This document shows positions 1 to 9,644 of a stretch of 64,000 nucleotides of DNA, in pieces. Numbering within the stretch: position 1 is the stretch's first letter; every line of letters begins with the position of its first letter. The notes under the pieces are model-generated. The model made no database searches and was not told the DNA's origin. It saw only the letters and a program-made list of their open reading frames with translations. The stretch is from Gemmatimonadales bacterium (GTDB lineage: Bacteria; Gemmatimonadota; Gemmatimonadetes; Gemmatimonadales; GWC2-71-9): positions 9,870-73,869 of the forward strand of contig DASUXW010000161.1 of assembly GCA_036377715.1 (NCBI GenBank), in the 5' to 3' direction. The translations under genes and the position numbers were made by a program.

Positions 1-524
1 GAGCACGCCGTCATGGGCCAGGAGCAGATGAAGCACCTGGCCGAGACCGATCCGCTCACCAACTGCTTCAACCGGCGCGCGCTGGTCGAGAAGCTCGAGC
101 AGGAGATGGACCGCGCCGCGCGCTACGCCACCATGCTCACCGGCATGATGCTGGACATCGACAACTTCAAGCAGATCAACGACACCCACGGCCACCTCGT
201 GGGCGACCGGGTGCTCAAACAGATCGCCAATCTGCTCAAGCGGGAGCAGCGTTCGGTGGACATCGTGGCGCGCTACGGCGGCGAGGAGTTCGTCGTCCTC
301 CTGCCCGAGACCACCTCGGCCGAGTCGCGCAACTTCGCCGAGCGCATCCTGCGCCGGGTGGCTACCCATGACTTCGGCGAGGCGGGCAACCCGGTACGGG
401 TCACCATCAGCATCGGCATCGCCTCGTACCCCGACGAACGGGTCAGCGACGGCGAGTCGCTGCTCCGGCTGGCCGACACCCACCTCTATCGCGCCAAGAG
501 CGACGGCCGGAACCGGTTCCGCGA

Positions 525-528
<4 letters not shown>
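1..528 (+). CDS. GGDEF-domain diguanylate cyclase, C-terminal part (5' end lies outside the window)
   Basis: The frame of ORF 13..528 is open to the window edge. GGDEF hallmarks are present: 'DIDNFKQINDTHGH', 'RYGGEEFVVLLPET', 'YRAKSDGRNR'. Confidence 0.85.
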
Positions 529-1607
<1,079 letters not shown>

Positions 1608-1931
1608 CCTGAGACATCGGCCGGTGTACCTCGGGAGGTTGATTGGGCGGTCGGCGCCCCCCGGCAGCGGATGGAGGACGCGCAGCAGTAGGCCATTCGT
1701 GCAGGCTCCCCGCGGTCGTCTGCCGGTTCGTTCCTTCCGTCCGCCGTTCTGACCGAAACCCGCGACCTTTCCCGGGCATGCGCGCTGCAATCGAGCGGGC
1801 TGCACCCGGTGCCCGAGATGGCGAGCCGCAGTGACCAGGCTCACGGGCATGGTGTGGCGTTCCCATCAGCTTGCACGGGCGCGAGTCCGTCAGCGCACAT
1901 GAACAGCCAGTAGACGCAGGAGGAAAAAAGC

Positions 1932-2501
1932 ATGGTTGCAATCACCCAATACCGCGAGCCGACGCTGGTCGGCTTGCAGCGGCTCAACCGGATGCTGGAC
2001 GAGGCGTTCGCGGGGTGGACCGGCAGCGAGCCGGGTACGGCCATCACGTCGTCGCTCTTCGCGCCGACCGACGTGACCGAGACACCCGAGAGCCTGCAGA
2101 TCACCATGGAGATCCCGGGCGTCAAGTCCGAGGACGTGAAGATCTCCCTCGAGAACAACCTGCTCACCATCCACGGCGAGAAGCGCCAGGAGGCCGAGGA
2201 CAAGGGCGAGCGGGTCCACCGCTACGAGCGGAGCTACGGAACCTTCGAGCGGACCTTCGTGCTGCCGAACACCGTGGACCCCGAGAAGATCGAGGCGCAC
2301 TGCGGCGACGGGATCCTCACCATCAGCATCCCCAAGGCCGAGAAGGCCAAGCCGCGCGAGATCCCCGTCAGCTCGCCGGCCGGGGGGTCGACCCGGCAGA
2401 TCAATACGAAGGCGCAGAGCGGTCCCTCGGTGCAGACCGGCAATCGCAGCCGCCAGTCTCGCGATCCCGAAGAGGAAGGGAGCGCCGGCAGGACGGCCTG
2501 A
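1932..2501 (+). CDS. Hsp20/alpha-crystallin small heat-shock protein with a ~50 aa low-complexity C-terminal extension
   Basis: ACD motifs 'PTDVTETPESLQITMEIPGV', 'GEKRQE...RYERSYGTFERTFVLP', 'GILTISIPKAE'. Strong RBS AGGAGGAAAAAAGC precedes the ATG. Confidence 0.9.
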   Translation: MVAITQYREPTLVGLQRLNRMLDEAFAGWTGSEPGTAITSSLFAPTDVTETPESLQITMEIPGVKSEDVKISLENNLLTIHGEKRQEAEDKGERVHRYERSYGTFERTFVLPNTVDPEKIEAHCGDGILTISIPKAEKAKPREIPVSSPAGGSTRQINTKAQSGPSVQTGNRSRQSRDPEEEGSAGRTA

Positions 2502-2505
2502 CGCG

Positions 2506-2539
2506 GGAGGCCCCTCCGTACGAATACGGAGGGGCCTCC
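2506..2539 (+). terminator. Perfect 15-bp GC-rich hairpin after hsp20
   Basis: GGAGGCCCCTCCGTA-cgaa-TACGGAGGGGCCTCC, followed by GTTGCG (weak U tract). Confidence 0.55.
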
Positions 2540-2580
2540 GTTGCGATGCGGATTGTCACGGATCCCGGAGACTTGTAGCG

Positions 2581-3780
2581 TTGGTCGTGCTCCGGGATCT
2601 GTCGTTCCACGTCGTTGGCGTAAGCCATCATACGGCCGCGGTCGGCGTTCGGGAGCAGTTCGTCGTGGCGCCTGGCGAGCTGCCCGGTCTGCTCGGACGG
2701 GAGCAGGTCGCCGGCCGCTCGGCCCTCCTTCTATTTACCTGTAATCGCTGCGAGCTCTACTGGAGCGGCTCCGACGATCGGGAGCCCTGGTTCCGGCAGC
2801 TCGCCTCCGCCCGCGGTCTCGAGCTCGACGGCGAGCTGGTCCGGTGGGACGGGGCCGAAGCCGTGCGCCATCTCTTCACCGTGTCCGCCGGACTCGATTC
2901 GCAAATTCTGGGTGAGACGGAGATCCTGGGACAGGTGCGCCGGGCCTACGACGCGGCGCGCGCGGCGGGGACCACGACGCGGGAGATGGATGCCATCTTC
3001 TCCGCCGCGCTCGCCGCGGGCCGGCGGGTGCGCCGCGAGACGCTGCTCGGCCGGCACCCGGCCTCGGTGAGCTCGGCGGCGGTGGACCTGGCGGCGACCG
3101 AGTGGGGCGACGGGTTCGGCGACCGGCCGGTCGTGGTGCTCGGTGCCGGGGAAGCCGCGGAAGGCGTGCTCCGCGCCCTCCACCTGCACGGCGCCACCCG
3201 CGTGGCCCTGGTGAACCGCAGCGTCGAGCGCGCGAGGGTGCTGGCCGCCGCATGGGGCGCCGGGCCACATTCCTGGACCGAGCTTCCCGAGCTCATGGCG
3301 GGGGCCGACCTGCTGGTGGTCGCCACCTCGGCTTCGCGGCCGGTCGTGCGGACTGCGCAGCTCGAGGCGGCGCTCGCCGCCCGGCCGGAGCGGCGCCTCG
3401 TCGTGATGGACCTGGGCGTGCCGCGGAACGTCGAGCCCGCCGCGCGCGAGCTCGCCGGGATCCGCCTGTTCGATCTGGACGACCTGCAGCGCCTCTGCTG
3501 TCCCGCCGCGGCGGCACCCGGCCTCGCCCTCCGCGACGCCCAGCGCGTGCTGGAGGACGAGATCACCCGGCTGCAGCAGTCGCTGCGCGGCCGCGCGGTC
3601 GCGCCCCACCTGGCCGAGCTGCATCGGATCGGGGCGCAGATGGCCGAGCAGGAATCGGCCTGGGCGCTCGCGCAGCTCGCCGACCTGAGCGAGCGGGAGC
3701 AGGGGATCGTGCGGGAGATGGCGGAGCGGCTGGTGCGCCGGGTGCTCTACCCGGTGAGCCGCTCTATCCGGGCTGAGTAG
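2581..3780 (+). CDS. hemA: Glutamyl-tRNA reductase
   Basis: 'VVGVSHHTAAVGVREQF', active-site 'FTCNRCELYW', 'VLGAGEAAE' NADPH fold. The start (TTG 2581) is uncertain. Confidence 0.85.
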   Translation: MVVLRDLSFHVVGVSHHTAAVGVREQFVVAPGELPGLLGREQVAGRSALLLFTCNRCELYWSGSDDREPWFRQLASARGLELDGELVRWDGAEAVRHLFTVSAGLDSQILGETEILGQVRRAYDAARAAGTTTREMDAIFSAALAAGRRVRRETLLGRHPASVSSAAVDLAATEWGDGFGDRPVVVLGAGEAAEGVLRALHLHGATRVALVNRSVERARVLAAAWGAGPHSWTELPELMAGADLLVVATSASRPVVRTAQLEAALAARPERRLVVMDLGVPRNVEPAARELAGIRLFDLDDLQRLCCPAAAAPGLALRDAQRVLEDEITRLQQSLRGRAVAPHLAELHRIGAQMAEQESAWALAQLADLSEREQGIVREMAERLVRRVLYPVSRSIRAE

Positions 3781-4879
3781 CGCGCACGTCCAACTGCCGG
3801 CACGAGGGGTTCTCGCACCCCGGGCAGCGCGTGCGATAGAGCGGTCCGTGCGGCCGCCCCGACGCCAGGTGCTCGCGGACGATATCGGCCAGGGCGTCGA
3901 TGAAGTCCGGCCGGTCGTTGAGCGCCGGCGTCCGCCGGTACTCCGTAATTCCTACCTGGTGTGCCACCTCGCCGTATTCCCGGTCCAGCTCCGAAAGCGT
4001 TTCGATGTGGTCGCTGGTGAACGCGATCGGCACCACGAGGAGCCGCTTCTCCCCCCGCGCGCCGAGCCGGCGGATGACCCGCTCCGTGCTGGGTCCCAGC
4101 CAGCGCACCGGTCCCACCTCGGACTGATAGGCCAGGAGATACGGGTTGGGCCGGCCGAGACGGTCCACCACCGCCTGCACGCTGGCGCCCACCTCCTGCG
4201 GATACGGGTCGCCGCGGTCGATTACCGAGAGCGGCAACGAATGGGCGCTGAACAGGATCGGGACCCGGTCGCGGTGCGCCGGGTCGAACTGTCCGAGGCC
4301 CTCCCGCACCGTCTCGGTCATCGCCCCGATGAAACCCGGATGCACCGGCCAGCGGTCGATGATGCTCCAGTCGAAGGCGCCGCTCAGTCCTGTCCGCTCG
4401 GCGGCGCGCCAAAGCTCGTTCAGGCTGGAGCCGGTGGTGCTGCAGGAGAACTGCGGGTACTGGGTGAAGGCCACCGCGCGCTCCACCCCGTCGGCCGCCA
4501 TGGCGCGGAGCGCGTCCTCGCTCTTGGGCTGCACGTAGCGGAACGCCACGTAGAACGCGTGCGGCGCCGTCTCCGGCGAGAGCCGGTCGAGGCGCTCGAC
4601 CATCCCGTGGCCCTGCGCGCGGGTGTACCGCAGAATCGGCGATCCGCCCCCGATCTTCTCATATAACCCGCGCACCTTCGGGGCGCGTCGCCGCGCGATG
4701 AACGGGCCGAGCCAGCTTTGGAACGGGAGCTGAATGATCTCGCGGTCGGCAAACAGCTCGAGGAGAAATGGCTCTACTTCGTCGAGGTTGGCCGGGCCAC
4801 CGAGGTTGAGCATGACGATGGCGGTGGGGGAGCGAGGCATTCGGGGAATATAGACGACTGAGGACTCATGGCTCGTCAC
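3764..4879 (-). CDS. hemH: Ferrochelatase, with C-terminal Cys cluster
   Basis: 'VMLNLGGPANLDEVEPFLLELFADREII', 'ILFSAHSLPLSVI', 'AFTSDHIETL'. The C-terminus 'CPGCENPSC' suggests a [2Fe-2S]-type tail. GTG start with a GGAGGGG RBS overlaps the upstream TGA. Confidence 0.9.
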   Translation of the reverse strand: MTSHESSVVYIPRMPRSPTAIVMLNLGGPANLDEVEPFLLELFADREIIQLPFQSWLGPFIARRRAPKVRGLYEKIGGGSPILRYTRAQGHGMVERLDRLSPETAPHAFYVAFRYVQPKSEDALRAMAADGVERAVAFTQYPQFSCSTTGSSLNELWRAAERTGLSGAFDWSIIDRWPVHPGFIGAMTETVREGLGQFDPAHRDRVPILFSAHSLPLSVIDRGDPYPQEVGASVQAVVDRLGRPNPYLLAYQSEVGPVRWLGPSTERVIRRLGARGEKRLLVVPIAFTSDHIETLSELDREYGEVAHQVGITEYRRTPALNDRPDFIDALADIVREHLASGRPHGPLYRTRCPGCENPSCRQLDVRATQPG

Positions 4880-5526
4880 CTGACCAACCCCTCCGCGATC
4901 GCCACCCGGGTGAGGCCCGCCACCGTATAGACCTCGAGCTTCCGCATCAGGCTCTCGCGGTGGCTCTCGACGGTGCGGTGGCTGATGCCGAGCTGCTGGG
5001 CGATCTCCTTGTTGGTCTGCCCGCGCGCGACGCCGGCCAGCACCTGCCGCTCGCGCCCCGTGAGGAGCGCCAGCGCGCTGTCCGGCGCGAGCGCCTCGTC
5101 ACGCAGGGCGGCGCCGAGCTGCCGGGCGACCGGCGGGCTGAAGAAGGTTTCGCCCCGGCAGACGCTGCGGATCGCCTCGCCTAGCTCGGCGGCGGCGCTG
5201 TCCTTGAGCAGGTAGCCGTCCACGCCCGCGCGGAGCGCCTCGCGCACATACTCGGTGTTGTCGTACATGCTCAGAATGAGCACGCGGGTTCCCGGCGATT
5301 GCCGGCGCAGCGCCGCCGCCGTTTCGAGCCCGGAGATCCCGGGCATCGAGATGTCGAGCACCGCGACATCCGGCCGGACTTCGGCGGCGAGCGCCAGCGC
5401 CTCGGCCCCGTTCGACGCTTCGCCCACCACGGTGAACCCCGGCGCGTTCTCGAGCACGTGCCGAATTCCGGTGCGGACGATGGCGTGGTCGTCGGCCACC
5501 AGCACCCGGATCGGCTCCGGGCTCAT
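4876..5526 (-). CDS. NarL/LuxR-family response regulator
   Basis: REC domain 'VLVADDHAIVR...DVAVLDISMPG'. LuxR HTH 'LTGRERQVLAGVARGQTNKEIAQQLGISHRTVESHR'. Confidence 0.9.
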   Translation of the reverse strand: MSPEPIRVLVADDHAIVRTGIRHVLENAPGFTVVGEASNGAEALALAAEVRPDVAVLDISMPGISGLETAAALRRQSPGTRVLILSMYDNTEYVREALRAGVDGYLLKDSAAAELGEAIRSVCRGETFFSPPVARQLGAALRDEALAPDSALALLTGRERQVLAGVARGQTNKEIAQQLGISHRTVESHRESLMRKLEVYTVAGLTRVAIAEGLVR

Positions 5527-7307
5527 CGCACCTCCGCCGACTCGAGCGGCACCGTCACCTCGAGCGCAGCGCCGGCGCCGTCGGTTGGGCCGAAGCGGAC
5601 TGTCCCTCCCAGCGCGCTGATCCGCTCGCGCATCCCGGCCAGGCCCATGTGGCCGTCGAGCTCCAGCTGCTCGGGCGTGGCCTCGGGCGGACCTCGGCCG
5701 TCGTCGCGTACCGCCAGCCGCACACGATCGGCCGCGGCCTCGAGCTCCACCCGTACGCGGGCGGCTCCCGCGTGACGCCGAACGTTCGAGAGCGCCTCCT
5801 GCAGCGCGCGGAACAGCGCCAGCTCCGCGTCCTTGGAGAGCGCCGGGAATGTGGCCGGTGCGTCGAGCGTCACCTCGAGACCGCTTCGCGAGGCGAAGTC
5901 GGCCACCAGCGAGCGGAGGGCGGGGAGCAGGCCGAGGTCGTCCAGCAGGGACGGACGGAGGTCGTCGGTCACGTTCCTGATGCTCCGGATCCCGGCGTCG
6001 ATCAGCTCGAGCGCCTGGTCGAGCCGCCGCACCTGCGCGGGTACGACGCCGTCGCGCAGTACGCCGAGCTCCATTTTCACCGCGGAGAAGACCTGGGCCG
6101 TTTCGTCGTGCAGCTCGCGGGAGAGCCGGCGGCGCTCCTCCTCGTGCTGCTGCACCATGCGCGTCGAGAGCCGTGCCAGCTCGACCGTGCGGGCCTGCAG
6201 TCGGGTGTACAGATTCGCGTTCTCCAGCGCGGCGCCCACCTGGTGCCCCAGCGCCACCAGAAACTGCTCGTCGAGCGCGGTGAACGGGTCGCGCGCGTCG
6301 CCCACGAGCACCAGCGCGCCGATCACCTCGTCGCGCCGGAGGAGCGGGAGCACGGCTGCATAGGGATAGGCCTCGGCGCCGGGCTCACGCCAGGCGCTCG
6401 TCACCTGTGGCCGGCCGGTCTCCAGGGTACGCGCCAGCACGCGGGCGGCGTCGTGGTCGAGCTCGGCCGTGTCGGACCGCTCGCACACGCCCGCCCCGCG
6501 CACCAGCCGCGGCTGCCCCTGAACGAGCAGGTACAGGGCGCTCCCGCGCACCGCGGGCAATGTCAGCGGACGGGCGAGCAGCGCGTTCAGGACGTCCGGC
6601 TCACGGCCGGCGGGCTGGAGATCGGCGGAGAGGGCGGAAAGTGCGCCGAGGCCGCGGCGCAGGTCGTCGAGCACGAGCAGGAGAATCCCGGCGCCGACGG
6701 CCAGCGCGAGCAGAATATCCAGATAGTAGCCCCACGGCGCCCACGCGCCCCGCGCGCGCAGGAAGGGGTAGTCGAGGTGGTGCAGACCCCAGAGACCGAA
6801 CGCCGTCGCCAGCAGCGTGGCACCGCTCGAGGCCACCCGTCGCCGGTAACGGAGGAACACCCAGCCGGTCCAGAGCGTGGCGAGGCTCAGGAACAGGATC
6901 GCCGGCGCCACTGCCCAGAGAAAGTGGTTCAGGCGGTAGATCGCGATGTAGGACCAGACCGGCGGGAACAGGACCACCGCGAGATACCATGACCGCCACC
7001 GGAAGCGCTGGTCGAACACCAGCGCCGCGATCAGCAGCGCGAGCGCCGTCCATCCAGTGACGACCTGATGCCAGTAGAGCCAGATCCGGTGCGAGGTGAG
7101 CAGAAAGCTGGTAATGGCCCCGACCCGGAGCAGGTACAGCCCCCACGCGGCCGCCCACCACGCGAAGTACGGCTTCCGGTAGCGCTGGTAGAGAAAGGCG
7201 CAGAGCAGCGCCAGCGCCGCGGTGATGGCGGCCTGCAGGAGCGCGGCATCGAGCTCGAGCTCGCTGGTAGGCGGGAGGACGTCCTGCAACCGTCCATCGA
7301 TGTACAT
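5523..7307 (-). CDS. Membrane sensor histidine kinase (multi-TM N-terminus, GAF-like domain, HisKA_3, HATPase)
   Basis: Hydrophobic N-terminal ~220 aa. H-box 'LSRELHDETAQ'. ATPase 'RDDGRGP...GLAGMRERISALGG'. 4-nt overlap with the response regulator gene. Confidence 0.85.
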   Translation of the reverse strand: MYIDGRLQDVLPPTSELELDAALLQAAITAALALLCAFLYQRYRKPYFAWWAAAWGLYLLRVGAITSFLLTSHRIWLYWHQVVTGWTALALLIAALVFDQRFRWRSWYLAVVLFPPVWSYIAIYRLNHFLWAVAPAILFLSLATLWTGWVFLRYRRRVASSGATLLATAFGLWGLHHLDYPFLRARGAWAPWGYYLDILLALAVGAGILLLVLDDLRRGLGALSALSADLQPAGREPDVLNALLARPLTLPAVRGSALYLLVQGQPRLVRGAGVCERSDTAELDHDAARVLARTLETGRPQVTSAWREPGAEAYPYAAVLPLLRRDEVIGALVLVGDARDPFTALDEQFLVALGHQVGAALENANLYTRLQARTVELARLSTRMVQQHEEERRRLSRELHDETAQVFSAVKMELGVLRDGVVPAQVRRLDQALELIDAGIRSIRNVTDDLRPSLLDDLGLLPALRSLVADFASRSGLEVTLDAPATFPALSKDAELALFRALQEALSNVRRHAGAARVRVELEAAADRVRLAVRDDGRGPPEATPEQLELDGHMGLAGMRERISALGGTVRFGPTDGAGAALEVTVPLESAEVR

Positions 7308-7457
7308 GCGAAGAATTTACCACCGCCGGCGGGGGGAGTTGCGCGCTCCTGCGCCGCTGTGCACCTTGGCGGGGCCCCCAGCCGTGCCCGAGGCCTGTGC
7401 TTGGACTCCAAGTCCGCCTTCGTCAAGCGGTTCGGTGATCTGATCGCGCTCCTCCGG

Positions 7458-8873
7458 ATGGATCCGGGGAACGACGCCGCACAGGATCTCGCCCTCACCG
7501 CGGCCGTGGCGGCGGTGGAGAGCGATCCGGTCGAGGTCGAGGCCGGGGTCCAGTGGAGCGTCGTGCCCGACGAGCTCACGCTCAAGGCACGGCTCCTGGC
7601 GCGCCAGGTCGAGGTGGTGCGGGTCGCCGCGGGGGCCGAGCCGCACGAGCTGCTGGCATTGGCACGGGCGCTGTCGCACGACGTCACGCCGATCCCTTCC
7701 TCGCCCAACATCCACGTGGACATGGTGCTGCGGATCGACCCGCCCGACCCGGAAACCGGGGGTGCTGCTCCTGCGGCGCCGTCGCCGGCCTCGACCCGCT
7801 TCGGTGCCCCGGAGCGTCGGGGACGCCGCGAGCGGCGCCGGCCCGATCAGGCGAGCTACCACGGGATCGAGCGCCGACGGGGCGGCAGCCGGCGTGCCCA
7901 TGGCGAGCGCAGAGTGCAGCTCCTGCGCGAGCATCAGGCGGAGATCGCGCGCCTGCGGACCGAGCTCGCCCAAGGGCTGCGAGCCGCCGCATGGGAGGCG
8001 GTCCTCGAAGCCGCCGTTGCCCTTGTGCGTCTGGCTCCGAAGCTGCCGGGACGCGACCGGCGGATGTACGGGATCCAGCTCCGGCGCGCGGTGCCCGGGA
8101 CCGCCATCGTCGCGCTGCTCGACACCGCCGAGCAACGGACCGACCTTCGCGCAGACACGGCGGAGCTGCTCCGCTGGATCGGTCTGGACGCCGCCGAGGT
8201 AGTGCTGCAGCGCCTGCTCGATCGCGCCGCCAGCGGTACCCCACGACTCTACTACGACGTGCTCCGTGGGATGCCCGACGCCTACCGACTGATCGTTCCC
8301 CTGCTCTCGAGCCCGGATCCGCGGGAGCTTCGCCACGGTGCGGCCCTGCTGGGCCGGCTGGGCCAGCCGCAGGGCGTGGCTAGGCTGGCGCCGCTGGTGT
8401 CCCACCCCGACCCGCGGGTGCGGGTCGCTGCCGTCCGCGGGATCGGGCGCATCCACCGCGGCCCCGCGGCCGAGCCGCTTCGAGAGGCGCTGCACCACCC
8501 CGACCAGCGCACACGGATCGCGGCGGCCGAGGCCATTGCCGAATGGCGTGCCGGCGCGCTCGCGCTCCTGCTCGTCGCGCGGCTGCCGATCGAGCGCGAT
8601 CGCGACGTGTGGCAGGGAATGATCACCGCACTGGGAACGATTGGGTCGCCGGAAAGCTGCGCGGCGCTGGCCGGCGTGGCGGTTGCGAGGCGGACCATCC
8701 TCCGGCGCGACGGATACGACACCGGACAGCGGGTCGCGGCCGTACGTGCGCTCGGCCTCGCGGGCTCGGATCCCGCATGCGCCGCACTCGAACGGCTCGA
8801 GCGTGCGGGCGACGCTCCCGTGCGGGAGGCCGCCGCTCGCATGCTCGACCGGGCGCGTCGCCGCGCCGGCTGA
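7458..8873 (+). CDS. HEAT-repeat protein (start uncertain, 7422-7458)
   Basis: Repeated 'HPDPRVRVAAVRGIG', 'HHPDQRTRIAAAEAI', 'DAPVREAAARML'. The 5' part of ORF 7068..8873 overlaps the kinase gene and was trimmed. Confidence 0.6.
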   Translation: MDPGNDAAQDLALTAAVAAVESDPVEVEAGVQWSVVPDELTLKARLLARQVEVVRVAAGAEPHELLALARALSHDVTPIPSSPNIHVDMVLRIDPPDPETGGAAPAAPSPASTRFGAPERRGRRERRRPDQASYHGIERRRGGSRRAHGERRVQLLREHQAEIARLRTELAQGLRAAAWEAVLEAAVALVRLAPKLPGRDRRMYGIQLRRAVPGTAIVALLDTAEQRTDLRADTAELLRWIGLDAAEVVLQRLLDRAASGTPRLYYDVLRGMPDAYRLIVPLLSSPDPRELRHGAALLGRLGQPQGVARLAPLVSHPDPRVRVAAVRGIGRIHRGPAAEPLREALHHPDQRTRIAAAEAIAEWRAGALALLLVARLPIERDRDVWQGMITALGTIGSPESCAALAGVAVARRTILRRDGYDTGQRVAAVRALGLAGSDPACAALERLERAGDAPVREAAARMLDRARRRAG

Positions 8874-8949
8874 GCGGCGCGACTTGCCAACCCGCTCGGG
8901 GCCTGGGTAACCTACGGCCCTCTCGAAGACCGGAACCGGAGCGACCTCA

Positions 8950-9126
8950 ATGGATCTGGGCTACTGGATCGGAGTACTGCTCGCCGCGATCGGGGCTACG
9001 CTCATCCTGGGCGCGCTCGCGCTCGTGTCGGCCCTCGTAGGCGTCCTCATCAACGCCATGATCGTGATCGTGGCGGGGCCGATGATCGACCGACTCCTGG
9101 CGCTTCGGGGGCGAGGGCTCCGCTAG
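8950..9126 (+). CDS. Small two-TM membrane protein (58 aa), absent from the ORF track
   Basis: ATG preceded by GGAG at -12. Translation: MDLGYWIGVLLAAIGATLILGALALVSALVGVLINAMIVIVAGPMIDRLLALRGRGLR*. Confidence 0.4.
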   Translation: MDLGYWIGVLLAAIGATLILGALALVSALVGVLINAMIVIVAGPMIDRLLALRGRGLR

Positions 9127-9127
9127 C

Positions 9128-9472
9128 TCAGCCCCCGCTCTCCGGCGTGGTCGCGGCGCGCAATGCCGCTTCGTAGTTGATCTTGAGGCTTCCCTGCAAC
9201 TCTCGCAGTCCCCGCACCTTCATCTGCAGCCCACCACCCCGCCGCGTCATGGTGCTCATGATGCCGGCGGTCTCGGCCAGACCGGTCAGGCTCAGCCCGC
9301 CGGCCTCCGCCTTGATCTGGTCGAGCAGGCGCGCCAGCCCGCGCACCACCACGTCATCGGCTCGAAGCGATGCCATCTCCTCCACAACCGCGCGGATGCG
9401 GTCGAAACGCGGAGGCAGCGTCTGCAGGTAGGCCAGCTGGGCCTGCTGTCGGGACGAAAGTTTGGCGGACAT
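9128..9472 (-). CDS. Hypothetical protein (114 aa)
   Basis: Non-biased, helix-rich composition. It fills the gap between flanking genes. No recognisable family. Confidence 0.5.
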   Translation of the reverse strand: MSAKLSSRQQAQLAYLQTLPPRFDRIRAVVEEMASLRADDVVVRGLARLLDQIKAEAGGLSLTGLAETAGIMSTMTRRGGGLQMKVRGLRELQGSLKINYEAALRAATTPESGG

Positions 9473-9644
9473 ACCTGAATCTCTCGCTGTGCCGTTCCGT
9501 AGGGCAACAGGCCGACGCAGCGGCAGTCACAAGCCATCAGTTGTACTCGTCACTACTACCCGAGGCGATGTCGAATCGGCGGCTGATCCGACGACGACAG
9601 GGTAGCCGCTGCCGTTGCACCATCGCGAGGGAGCCACCTAGCCC

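Noticed and set aside
1850-1931. CTTGCAC...GCACATGA upstream of hsp20 considered as a sigma-32-type heat-shock promoter.
   Set aside because: It matches only weakly to CTTGAA-N13-17-CCCCATNT. It cannot be supported from the sequence alone.
1932-2501. The Hsp20 C-terminal ~50-aa extension considered as evidence of a fusion or a lost stop.
   Set aside because: It is a low-complexity tail with no second domain. Variable C-terminal extensions are common in small heat-shock proteins. It is noted in the feature call only.
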